NCBI GenBank assembly: GCA_036785375.1
Contig: JAWMAR010000008.1
Span: 9,424,001 to 9,488,000 of the forward strand
Source: Leucoraja ocellata
Lineage: Eukaryota
Reading direction: 5' to 3'
DNA length: 64,000 nt
The notes under the pieces: model-generated
What the model was told of the DNA's origin: nothing
The model's input: the letters and a program-made list of their open reading frames with translations, nothing else
Databases searched by the model: none
Translations under genes and position numbers: made by a program
In this document: positions 37,709 to 49,337 of the stretch, in pieces
How the letters are laid out: the number at the start of each line of letters is the position of its first letter
Position numbering within the stretch: the first letter of the stretch is position 1

Positions 37709-39077
37709 TCAGGAAAGGTGTTGTTGTACCCAAGGTAAGCCAGAGCCCCAGCGGGGAATGTGCAGAAGTCCACACTTCCAAACACTCTTTCCTCAAGGAG
37801 TAAACAGTGACATATGCTCTGATTTTGGCTGTCCAAAGACAAATTCCATGGAGCCTCAGATTTTGTGGTGACTATGAGCACTTTTAAAGCTGTAGAAACT
37901 GTAGAAACTGCCTCGAAAGAGAGGTCAGACGCTCTCTACTGAAGTTCGCTATTGCCATGTGAATGGCCCTTTAAATTGTCATCCACGTAACGGAGCATGC
38001 AGTAGAATCGTGACCCTTTTTAAAATATTATTTGTGCAGTGGAGCCTCTAATTTACATTGATAGCATGGAAAATGGCATCACACAAGACTGACATGAATC
38101 TGACGAGGTGATTTTACAGAGTGATAGTTTTCCATTCAGGACAATTTCTCCAATTCAGCACAGCAAACCAGAAAAGTGGGCTCCAATTTCTTGGTAATCG
38201 AATCAAAACTTTTAGGCTTCGGAATTAAACATCAGAATTTGATTTAAATGATCAATGGTGTCAGATGAAATAAAGTGGAAGTAACACTGTAGAGTACAAA
38301 TGTGAACCCTTGACCAATATTGCTTCAGTGCAATTTAGCTCTAAACCATAATTCTAACTAATCCTAATACTAACCCTTCTTTAGGTAGCAAATAAACAGC
38401 CATTATAGTTTATTTTCCACATTATCATGCGCTAAAGACAAAATACAGCTTTACAGAGATGTCCTGGAACTGCCGTGTATCTATATATTCCATCTCTACA
38501 CTACTGCATTATCATTTGTTATTATAAGTGCAATGAGATATATCGCAGATGCAGTATGGCTAGTAGAATGTCTAACCTCTATATCTCAGGCTTTCATACA
38601 CTGCATAATGGTAACATTGGATGAAGTGTTAGTATCATTGGTGTGAAGATTGAACAAATTAGAACAATGCATTTTCAATTGTAGAATTATTCATCCTGAC
38701 TTAATGTTCTTGTAAAGTAAGTTGTGCACTTCTGTGTGTGTGTTCACATCTTGCCCAGTTCTATCCCTACTCACTTTCTGTAGCCTTGACCACTTGGTCC
38801 TTGAGCAAACCAGTTAATAGGCCTCGGCAAGTGGATCCTCAGGTCACATCACCAGGCCTGCTCTATTGGCCTTTTGATAGGTTCCCTATAATCAGAGGCT
38901 CAAATGGGTACAATAATTTTTAAAACTTTTGAAAGCAATTTATATTGAAGGCCCTTAATTAAACAAGAAACCAAACCTTTTTCCTATATTGGGCTATACA
39001 ATAAAGGTCAATGACCCCATTCAATGAATAGGGCCACTATGTTTGGCAGCCATGTCTTGTATAAAGCTGACAAAATG

Positions 39078-39390
39078 TTGTAGGAAGGAAGTGCAGATGC
39101 TGGTTTAAACCGAAGATGGACACAAAATGCTAAAATAACTCAGCGAGACATATTATCTCTGTTTGCTTTGTTGTTTTGTTGCTTTGTCCTAGCTAACTGA
39201 TCTATTCTACATTTTCCTCGATCTCCATTCCCTTTGTCTCATTTTCACACCTTGCATTTCCTTATCTCCGTATCTCCCACTCCCCCGATTCAGTCTGAAA
39301 AAGGGTCTCAACCCAAAACGGGTAACCCATTCCTTCTATCCAGAGATGCTGCCTGCCCCGCTGAGTTACTCAAGCATTTGTGTCTATCTT
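39078..39390. mobile_element. Penelope element end with inverted partial pLTR
   Basis: Minus-oriented pLTR 3' part (39078-39150), then plus-oriented C/T-rich region and pLTR (gtctgaaaaagggtctcaacccaaaacg...ctgagttactc). Confidence 0.7.
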
Positions 39391-39787
39391 TAGTATAAAG
39401 CTGAGGTGTCAAATGGAAAGTGCATCTCACCACTCAGTTCAGGAATTGGAGCTGAGCCCAGCAGTGGATCTGATGCATTGCCACTGGCCACAACTTCTCC
39501 CTTATGTCCGCAAAGCATAGGTGTGGAGAGACAGGCTGACCCACAAAGATAATTTATCTGTCGACTCACTGTTCCACCTGTGAAAGGCAAACAGTTTCTG
39601 ACCCATCCTGCAGCAAACTTGAGCAACACCTGAACAAATACTATTTCTACTTTAGTAAAGTTGCAATATCCTCATCCTGACTCAGAAAGCAGTTCAGAAA
39701 GGCTGTAATAATTAATATAATGGCAGGTATGGACAAGAATAAGAACAGGCCATTGAACCTACTGTGTAAGGTTTGATTAATTCAGAT

Positions 39788-40065
39788 ATAATACGATAGA
39801 ACTTTATTTATCCCAGGAGGGAAATTGGACTGCCACAATCATAGAAACACAAAAACACAAAATACATGAAACATGAAATTAAAGTGATGAGTGGAAAGGA
39901 TTGGAGATGTGGAGGGGAGGGGATCAGTCTCAGTCTACCCCACGATAGAAGGGGGAGGGATGTACAGTTTGATAGCCACAGAGAAGAAGCATCTGCTGTG
40001 GCGTTCTGTCCTGCATCTTGGCGGAACCAGTTTGTTGCTGAAGGTACTCCTCAGGTTGACCAGTG
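39788..40065 (-). mobile_element. LINE 3' end fragment (Rex1/Babar-like)
   Basis: tacgatagaactttatttatcccaggagggaaattg tail followed by gtacagtttgatagccacagagaagaag, similar in layout to the tail at 8111. Confidence 0.5.
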
Positions 40066-41279
40066 CAGATTGTAGATTCTACTCGTAGCTCCATGTACAG
40101 CCCCTTTCACATCCCTTAATATCAGAACAAAAAAAAACAACTAAATAACACATTATTTTTCAAAATGTCTGTTGGCCTCCAGTTTTGAAGAGAGAGCTCC
40201 AGCTACTCACTATTTTGTTTGTGTGAAGAAGTGGTTTGCGACGTGCTCTGGGTCTAATGGTAAGGATATACTTCCTGAAATCTGATGAAATAGACAGGGA
40301 GGTAATGTATTCATGGGTGGTATTAGGTTTCTCATGTGGACTCAGTCTGTAAAGTCTGATAACAAAGGAAGACATGTTGATTAGCAATATGAGCCTTACA
40401 GATGATAATTAAGTTCAGGTGGCTAAAGTCACGCTTGAATAAAATTCAATGGCAACGAAAAGGAATTGGATATACTTGAAAATGAGAAATTTGCAGGAAT
40501 ATAGAGAGAGCAAAGGAGTAGGTTTCATCTGTTAACTCTGTAAAAAGCTGTGCATGATCACAATGTGTTGATTGGCTCATTCCGTATTATAGGGCTCTTC
40601 AACTTCGATTTTTTTAAAAACAGTATTTTGAAACGGAGCGATTTAGAAAATAACTAGACAGCCCGGGCACTAAAAAGGTGAGTCATGTGTGTCAAGACAA
40701 AATACAGGGTCACAGGCAGTCACTGTAGAACTGTGCATACAGCAGTGGAAGGTATGTTTCAGTTACATTTCCCACAAATTGCAATAGACAATAAGTGCAG
40801 GAGTAGGCCATTCGGCCCTTCGGGCCTTCGGCCATTCACCATGGCTATTTGACAAATTAATATTGGAGTCCCCTTTACTGAGAGCAGCCAGGTTGCCACC
40901 ACCACTTTTTTCTGATTCCCTTTGAGCTATCATCGAGTGAGATGTAAATGATGCCCAGTGCAGAACATGTGCTCTCTATTGGATGGTCAAGAGTTTGATC
41001 ACGGTTATCAAATGGTCAACCCAATCAAAGGAACGGAAGAGAAATGGAGACACAGTAGATTGCAGATGCTGGAAATTTGAGCTAAAAGTAAATATCCGGA
41101 GCAGCTCAGCAGGTCAGGCAGCATCTGATGGAAATGGATAGACGATATTTCGAGCTGGGTCTTTTCGTTAGTAAGAGGAAGGCAGCTTTGCAATCAGTGA
41201 CTGTATATATGTTTGTCTGCAGCTGCAGGCAGGAATTGTGTTGTTTTATTATTTATTAATTTTGTGTGATCTGGGTATG

Positions 41280-42780
41280 GCTCACCCTGAATTGCCCACA
41301 GGAAGGTGGTGGTGAGACTCTTTCTTCAATCATTGCTTCTGATGAACGTACACCCACGGTGCTGTTTGATAGGTAGTTCCTGGAATAACCATGTAGCGAA
41401 GATGAAAGAATTACAATATATTTCTAAGTTGGTCTGCTGCCTTGTCCATATTTGTGACAAAGATATTGAGCTGGTGAGAAGCTGTTGGAGCACCTAGCTA
41501 AGTAACCATAGTGAATAATGTAGACTGAAAACAATGCTGCCATGGTGCATTGGTAGCGAAGGGAATGAATGCTTTGGGTGGTGAATGGAATAGTATTCAA
41601 GTGGGCTGCCTTGTTCCAAATGTATAGCAATTACACTCACCCTGTAGATAGTGGAAATACTTTAGAGTGTCAGATTTTGAGTCATTTGCCACAGGATACC
41701 CAGCTTCTGACCTGTTCTTACATCCACAGTATTTACAGAGTGGGCCCATTTGAGTTTCTGGTCAATGGCGGCCCTCAGGATGTTTGCGATGGAATGACCT
41801 GGCGATGATAATACCACTGAACGTCAAGGTTAGGTGGTTGGACTCTCCCTTATTAGAAATGCCATTGTCTGGTACGTTTGTGCTGCGAATGTTATTTCTT
41901 ATTCAGCAACCCATGCCTGAATGTCGTCTGGCTCTTTCTGCATGCAGGCACAGACGGATTGCTTCACCTGCAGAGGACTTTCCCCATGGGGTTTGACAAC
42001 CGTGCAACTGTCAGCAAACCTCTCCACTTCTGACCTTGTGATGGAAGGAAAGTCATTGATACCTGGGGCTGAGATGACTGACATCCAACAACCACACCCA
42101 TCTTCCTTTGTACAAGTCATAACTAATTTCTGGAGTGGTATCCCTTTCATACCCACAGACCTCAGGTTTATCAGGAATCCTTGATGCCACACTTGGACAA
42201 TTGCTCCCTTGATGGCAAGGGCACTCGGTGTTGTTTCTTCATACCTGCAGAAGTATGTAATTCGAAAAAGCACAGGAACTTATCAGCTCCGCTCTGAGGA
42301 CCTGTTCTTACTAACTGTACCTAAAGTCCGTACTGAACTGGGGAAAAGGGCATTTAGTTATGCTGCTCCCTTCGCATGGAACCAGCTGCAGAATGAACTG
42401 AAACTAAAGGAGCTGGTTTCTATAAACAGATTTAAATCCCTTCTTAATGATGTTGAAGCGGGCTCTTCTGTCTGTACATGCTTTGTTTGATGATGTTCTG
42501 ACTGTGACTCTATTTATATGTTCTCTGTTGTTTTTAAATTATTGTCTGTAACTGTGGAAGTGTGCTGCTGCCTGTCTTGGCCAGGACTCTCTTGTAAAAG
42601 AGATTTTTAATCTCAATGAGACTTCTCCTGGTTAAATAAAGGTTAAATAAAATAAATAAAATAAAATAATCCCTTCACACCTTTGGAAGTCAGCTCTTGG
42701 GTCCATGTTTGGACCAGTGATGTGATGAAGCTTGGTGCTGAGAGATCCTGGCCAAATCTAATTGTGGCGTCGTAATGGAG
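41280..42780 (-). mobile_element. Old decayed LINE (CR1/L2 superclade) RT region, interrupted at 42227-42669
   Basis: Minus peptide ALAIKGAIVQVWHQG...INDFPSITRSEVERFADSCTV (FADD-like). Confidence 0.6.
42227..42669 (+). mobile_element. Young L2-clade LINE 3' end with conserved stem-loop and (AAAT)n tail
   Basis: Open peptide YQLRSEDLFLLTVPKVRTELGKRAFSYAAPFAWNQLQNELKL (stop at 42490); 3' hairpin CCAGG...GAGATTTTTAATCTC...CCTGG at 42581-42631, then TTAAATAAAGG(T)(AAAT)n. Confidence 0.85.
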
Positions 42781-43549
42781 AAAGTAAGCATAACAATACC
42801 CTGATGCCAAATAATAGACCGAGCTAAGCAGGAAGTCGATGCATAAATGTTTCATGGCGTCAAAGCATCTATGAATGCATTACAATCGATGTAATACTTA
42901 CGAAATATAATGCTGACAAATGACAGCCAGTAAGGGCACAGCAAGCTCCTGCAATCTAAATAAAGATCAGAACATCTGCTGGTGGTTTTGACATGTTGGC
43001 TGAAAGTCAAATATTGGATGGAGCACTCTGCTTGAGAACTGTCTCCTGGGTTCTTTTATGTCCACAAAAGAGTGCAGATTAAAGCACAGTATTGCTGCAT
43101 GCTTTGTTATTCTCTGTCACGGCACTTGATTGGTGTGCTAAACTCATACTGCGCATACGGCTCACTGGATATATCACTGCAGAAGCTTGCAAGTGGCAAG
43201 CCCTACTTAAAATAAAAAGAGTCAATGCTGAAGATAATCAGTTCTTCAGCCAGAATTCGCGAAGAGTTAACATTTCAGGTTGACGACCTTTTAGCAGACA
43301 GAAGAAAATATAGAAACTGGAAATTGTCAAGAGGGAAGGATAGCGAAAAAGAAGTGAAAGTCTGTGTTTTTGTTTTAGTATTACTCACAAGCCCTCTCTC
43401 TCCTCTTTCAGTCATTTAACTGATGACTATCAATGTGCTTCCCACTTTTATTCAAAACTCAGAAATTTCAGAATCTTTGGTGCTTTTTTCAACCTTCCCC
43501 TCACTGTAACATTTATCAGCCCCTTACCTTCAACATCCCAAACTCCATC

Positions 43550-44200
43550 TCAGAGAAAGGCCTGTGACCAGCATCCATTACAAATCACCAGGCATCCACA
43601 GGTAAGTAGTAATGAATAGCGTGCCGAGACCAGGAACAGGTTTACAAAATAAATGAGATAATAACATGGTGAAGCTGCAACACAGGACAACATGCATGTG
43701 AACAATTGAAAATAGCACGCATTAGTCAGAGGAAAGTGATCGCACAACCAATGATTCAGATGTCTGTCACATCTTATTGTGAATAGTCGTGGACAATTAA
43801 AATACTCCAAGAACATCTCCATTCTCAGTAAGGACGGGGTTCCACATACAAGTGGGATAGAAAAGATTGAAGCATTCGCAGATCTGTTCAATGAGAAGTT
43901 CATCTGGATGATCCATCTCAGCTTCTCATTGACATACTCATTGTCACAGAAGCCAGTTTAATTCATTCTCGAGATAATATCAAGAGATGACAGACTGCAT
44001 TGAATACAAAGACCATGAGACCAGAGGAAATGTTGGCTGCATTACTGGAGATTTGCAAGCCAGATGAAACCTTGTCTCTGGTCAAGCTTTTTCAGTAAGT
44101 TACCAGAATCTGGCAATGTAGAAAACTGCCCAGAGATGTCCAGTCCACAAAAGGCAAAAATGTAATCCAATTATGTATTCACAATCAGACTATTTTTGAC
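43550..44200 (+). mobile_element. Old decayed LINE ORF2 fragment
   Basis: Peptide NISILSKDGVPHTSGIEKIEAFADLFNEKF and downstream ctggcaatgtagaaaactgcccag...ccagtccacaaaag (WK.A...PVHK-like). Confidence 0.45.
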
Positions 44201-44294
44201 CAACAGTGGATCGAATCAAACCGTTTCTCAATGTCATTAATTGGGGCTCAGCAATTCAACATAGCGGCAGCGGTGGGCACAGTATGTCCATAGA

Positions 44295-44505
44295 TACATC
44301 AAACTTTTATCTCCTGTTCTGTATTTTCTTTACATATTCTGTTGTGCTGCAGCAAGCAAGAATTTCATTGTCCTATCTGGGACACATGACAATAAAACTC
44401 TCTTGACCTGACTTGACAGCATCCGTAGTCGGGATCGAACCCGGGTCTCCGGCGCTGCATTCGCTGTATGGCAACAACTCTTCTGCTGTACGACTGTGAC
44501 CACCC
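44295..44505. mobile_element. LINE-type 3' tail (plus, 44295-44415) abutting an HE1 SINE head (minus, 44416-44505)
   Basis: aagaatttcattgtcc...tgacaataaaactctcttgac; then gtagtcgggatcgaacccgggtctccggcgctg. Confidence 0.6.
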
Positions 44506-44939
44506 ACACTTTAGGTTTGCACCTGATTGTAGCTAGCCTGCAATTACATTTCATAATCTGACTATCATGACAATATATTTCCTGTTAATAAATCATTTCC
44601 ACCTGCTCTTTTAAAAATCATCCAGATAAAAGGTGCTTATTGTCCTCTTGACGAGAAGTGCATATTTATTCAGAGATGATACAATTAATTTTTTTTGCCA
44701 GAAGGTATTCAAACTACAAAGTTCATGCCAGTTGACAACCAATTGCCCTGCCTAGCCAGACATCCTAGCTATCTACCAATCACCTTGAAGACTACAGGAT
44801 ATTTGTCTATGTGCTTTTTCAATGCAATTAGAATTTCTGCCTCTAATATCTTTTCAGCCATGAGGTCTGTATCTCCACAAATGTCTGGTTCCCCTTGTAA
44901 TCCTAAATCTATGCCTCTTGATATTGAGCTCCATTCTAA

Positions 44940-45320
44940 TGGTCTGGAGAAGGGTCTCGACCCAAAACGTCACCCAGCTGGAAGAGAGGAGGTGCAGGAT
45001 AAAGCCTGGCAAGCGATAGGTAATATAGCTGAGGAGGGTTTTGATGGGCAAATGGTTGGACAGTCAGGGATAAAAAGGGCAAAAGATGTGAGATCAGGAT
45101 AAACAAGTTGCAAATGTGAAGTTGCAGGAAGAAATATAGATGGGATGGGAAGGGGAGGGGAGAAATGTGTGTACGTCCAGGCAGGGCACAGGGAAGAGTG
45201 GGGATGGGATGGGGAAAATGGGGGGGGGGGGGGGTTGGTGTACGAAGAGGGGTGTTGGTTAATTACCTAAAATTGGAGACTTCACACCATAGGGTTTTAA
45301 GCTACCCAAGCAGAATATGA
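44940..45320. mobile_element. Penelope element end (pLTR start plus inverted G-rich internal region)
   Basis: ggtctggagaagggtctcgacccaaaacgtcacc followed by purine/G-rich sequence ending gctacccaagcagaatatga. Confidence 0.6.
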
Positions 45321-45324
45321 TTTT

Positions 45325-46470
45325 TTTTTCTGCATCCTATCCAACTTAATGACATCTTTCCATAGCTAGGCAACCAGAGCTGTCCACAATACTCCAAGTG
45401 TGGTGTCACCAATGACTTGCCCAGTTGCAACATAACATCTCACTGCCTGTATTTAAGGCAAGCATAACATCTCACTGCCTGTACTTAAGGCAAGCATACC
45501 AAATGTCTTTGTCACTACTCTGTCTACCTAGGTTGCCACTTTCAGATAACTATGTACCTGTATCCCTCGGTCTCACTATTCTGTAATATTTTCCAGGGCC
45601 CTTTCATTTACCGTGTAAGTCTTGTCCTGGTTCAACTTACCAAAATGCATACGTCAGAGTTAAATTCCATCTGCCATTTCTTGGTCCACTTTCCCAATTC
45701 ATCTAGATCTTGTTGTAATCTTGGATAACCTTCTTTGTCTAATACACCACCAATTTTGGTTTCACCCACAAACTTACTAACCCATACAAACAACATGGTC
45801 ATCCATATCATTAATATAGATGATAAACAACAGTGGAACCAGCAGTGATACGTGTAGCTCAATACTGGTCACAAGCCTCCAACCTGAATAACAATCCTTC
45901 AATACCATCCACAAACCCCTTGCACCTTGTCAATTTTATATACAGCCTATCTCATCCTAGATCCGATGTGATCCAATTTTTTAGACTAGCCTACCATGCA
46001 AGATTTTGTTAAAGTCCTTGCTAAAAATCATATGGACAATGTCTACCAGTCTTTCCTCTTCAATCTTAGACACACGATTTCCCATGCACAAAGCAATGCG
46101 GACTATCCTTAATCAGTCCTTGCCTTCCAAATGCTGGTAGATCCTGTCCCCTCAGAATCCCTCCAGTATCTTTCATACTACTAATGTTAGATTCAGCGAC
46201 ATAGTTGCCTGCATTGTTCTTGAAGACCCTCTTAAATATGGCACAGCATTAAAAAAAACCCAGTCTTACAACATTTCACCTGTGGCTAAAGATGGTGCAA
46301 ATATCTCCACCAGGACCGCTGTAGTTTCCGTCCACAATGTCTTTGTATATACCTGTACTTGATCAGGCCCCGGGGATTTATTCATCTTAATATGTCTCAA
46401 GACTGCCAGCACTTCCTCTATTGTAATGTGGATATGTTCCAATACATCACTTTTCATTTTCCTTAATTCC
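45325..46470 (-). mobile_element. Decayed CR1 LINE RT region
   Basis: Minus peptides VSKFVGETKIGGV...LQQDLDELGKWTKKWQMEFN and EEVLAVLRHIKMNKSPGPD. Confidence 0.85.
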
Positions 46471-46779
46471 TTAGTTAGCTGGATAATATATCATGACCCA
46501 GACATTACAACACTAGCATCACATTGCACAGACAAAAGGTGCACCACTGTCCCTTAATGACCATTTGATTTACTCCTACCAAGGAAATACCCATTGTCCT
46601 GTTCCACCTTCTCTGCCATCCTGATTAACTTGTTTCTCTCGTTCTCAGTTATGAAACTCCAAGGCCTCAAATATTGACTGCTTTCCTCCCCACAGATGCG
46701 GCATATTCTGCTTTTATTTCATATTTCCAGCATTAGCAGTTCTTTTGATTTTCATTTATCTTCATTATTTTTCAAACCC

Positions 46780-47990
46780 ACACATTCTAAAATGTCTTAT
46801 TATCTTTTCAGTTGGTTCTACGATTCTAAGTATATTGTTCTATGTATCACAACTGACTGACATATTTTGTTTCAGTTTGCATGAATTCTACAATGAATAT
46901 TATATATCCAAAAATTCTACATGCACGTTTATATTTTAAACAAATTTACTATATTATACAATATTCTTTACTTCTACCCAAACCACAATTTTAACAATGT
47001 ATATTTTGTTCTAAAACAACTTCAATATTCTTCAATTTACCATTATATTTATATACTGTATGATTCATAGTATCCAGTATCATAGTCGCATATCTCACAT
47101 GAAGCTGATATTTTATAAGATACGTTTGTAATAATGTACACCTTAATATTCTATAATGTGCATTTGTACTCCATGCATACTCCAAAGCTCTAAAATATAC
47201 TTTGGGTATACAACCAAATTCCACAATAAACCATCCTTTCATGTAATTTCAGAATCTCAATAAAACTAAATATACTTCAGGCAATGTAAAACATCACATA
47301 CTACAGTATATCTTGATACAAACATGAACGTCAGATACTAAAATATACAAATGTGCATTGTAGAATATTCTATTTCCCCATAAACTGCAATATTCTGCTA
47401 TTCACATTCACGTATTCTACATGCACCCCAATTTCTACAACTTTTACATACCATTTGAATTCCAAGTTTTACAATATATTGCTTAAGCACCAATACACAC
47501 ATTTAAATTCATCATAAATTATTCAATACACTTGCGTGCGATACCTGCCTCTACATTTGGCAAAGGTGTTACACACTGAATAATCTCCAAAATCCACAGC
47601 CTACATTTACACATAATCTGAAGTCAAAATATTCAAATGAAATTCTATTGTATTCAATGTCAACTCATAATTTACAAAATACTCATACCATATCAATTCC
47701 AATCCTCCCTGATGTATTTTTCTATACCAAATAAACTGTAATATTCTACAGTATACTTGTGGATACTGCATAAACTCCAACATGCTACGATGTATTTCTG
47801 TATTATGTGCACGCCAAACGCTAAACTATATTTTGTGCAATGCCACTGCATATCTTGTATATATCCAATATGATCCCCCACTCCTACCTTCCCCCACACC
47901 CATACAGCTATGTTTCAAAGAAACACCAACATAATATAATGTGACTAGGAAACCTAACTGCAAAAGTACTGTTTTGTTCTGTATATTTAC
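46780..47990. repeat. AT-rich, G-poor cryptic low-complexity tract
   Basis: Recurrent ATTCTA(C) and ATAC words; attctacatgcac at 46914 and 47414; similar sequence resumes near 49480-49580. Confidence 0.55.
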
Positions 47991-47992
47991 AT

Positions 47993-48575
47993 ACCTTCTG
48001 AACCTTCTGAATTTGTAGCCGGCAGGGCAGTACTCTGCATATCGCCAACTTGGATGTGTTGTGCATACTAACGTGCTGTTAGTGGCCCCTTAAAACTGTC
48101 TAGTGAAGGTTATTTAACTATATTGTCATCTAGTTTATTTCATCCCTTAAGGTTCTTACAAAGAATGAGTTCTTATAAATATCTGTCCTGGTGAATGGGG
48201 TTTCTATTTGCATATAATTACTCTTTCTTGTTCTCCTTTCTGTTGAGTATGTTATGTATCTATCTGCAGTTATGCCCACGATCCCCTTTTGAATCTTGTA
48301 CAACATGGCTAGTCTGTTCCTTGCCCTTCTTGTTTCCAGCGTTTCTGACTCCAGGTCGGACAGTATCTGGGTGACACTGCTACCTCTATTGTAGTTCCCG
48401 ATGCAAAAGCATGCTGCTTTCCTCTGTACCCCTTCTAGTTTGTTGATATGATCAGTTTTGTATGGGTCCCAGGCGCATGAAGCGTATTCTAGCAAGTGTC
48501 TAACCAATGTTGTATATGCTGTGGTTTTCACTTCCTTTGGCAGAACCAGAGGTTTCATCTAAGGAATCCTACAAT
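47993..48575 (-). mobile_element. LINE 3' end, invertebrate-type CR1/L2-superclade ORF2 C-terminus
   Basis: AYTTLVRHLLEYASCAWDPY...LEGVQRKAA...SSVTQIL..L...LETRR..NRLAMLYKI...YKNSFFVRT; short 3' UTR ending (TTCAGAAGG)2. Confidence 0.8.
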
Positions 48576-48863
48576 ATCATTATGCTATCTATATAACTAA
48601 AAGCCTCAACTATACCACTTCCTGTCTGCGTTGTTTAGTGATTTTAGAAAAAATGCTACCGTATATCACTATCATTTTTGGCCATCTTACTCACAGTCCT
48701 CCTCCACTAAGGCAGCCCCGAGAATGTTTCCGATCGATGAAAAATAAAAAAGTTATGAATGTTAAAAAAAATTCTTGAGATCAGCTGATTGGTCCTCTTG
48801 CCTGTCAATCACCATGATGAAGGTAATGCACCTTCTGGGAGGGCAGGAGCATAATGCCCAAAA

Positions 48864-49098
48864 GGTATGAAATTGCATTTGAATTTGGTGGCTTGCACTC
48901 TGCTACAAATGGTATGAAATTGCAGTTGAATTTGGTGGCCTCAACTCTGCTTGAAATGGTATGAAATTGCATTTGAATTTGGTGGTCTGCACTCTGCTTG
49001 AAATGGTATGAAATTGCATTTGAATTTGGTGGCCTGCACTCTACTTGAAATGGTATGAAATTGCATTTGAATTTGGTGGCCTGCACTCTGCTTGAAAT
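48864..49098 (+). repeat. 47-bp minisatellite x5
   Basis: Units start at 48864, 48911, 48958, 49005 and 49052 (ggtatgaaattgcatttgaatttggtggcctgcactctgcttgaaat). Confidence 0.95.
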
Positions 49099-49114
49099 AG
49101 TATTTCAAGGAATA

Positions 49115-49337
49115 GCCATGAGTGAATTGCCAGCCCACCAGCCATGAGTCAATCAACTGCCAGCCCACCAGCTGTGTCAATCAACTGCCAGCCCTCCAGC
49201 CGTGAGTCAACTGCCAACCTAACAGCCATGAGTCAGTCAACTGCCAGCCCACCAGCCCTGAGTGACTGAGCTGCCAGCCCACCAGGCCTGTGACTGAGCT
49301 GCCAGCCCACCAGGCCTGTGACTGAGCTGCCAGCCCA
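49115..49337 (+). repeat. ~26-30-bp minisatellite x8 (core tgccagcccacca)
   Basis: Repeated gccatgagt...actgccagcccacca and gtgactgagctgccagcccacca units. Confidence 0.9.

Noticed and set aside
48805-49180. Repetitive ORFs (KFKCNFIPFQ / PPNSNAISY)
   Set aside because: These are translations of the 47-bp minisatellite inside the Helitron.
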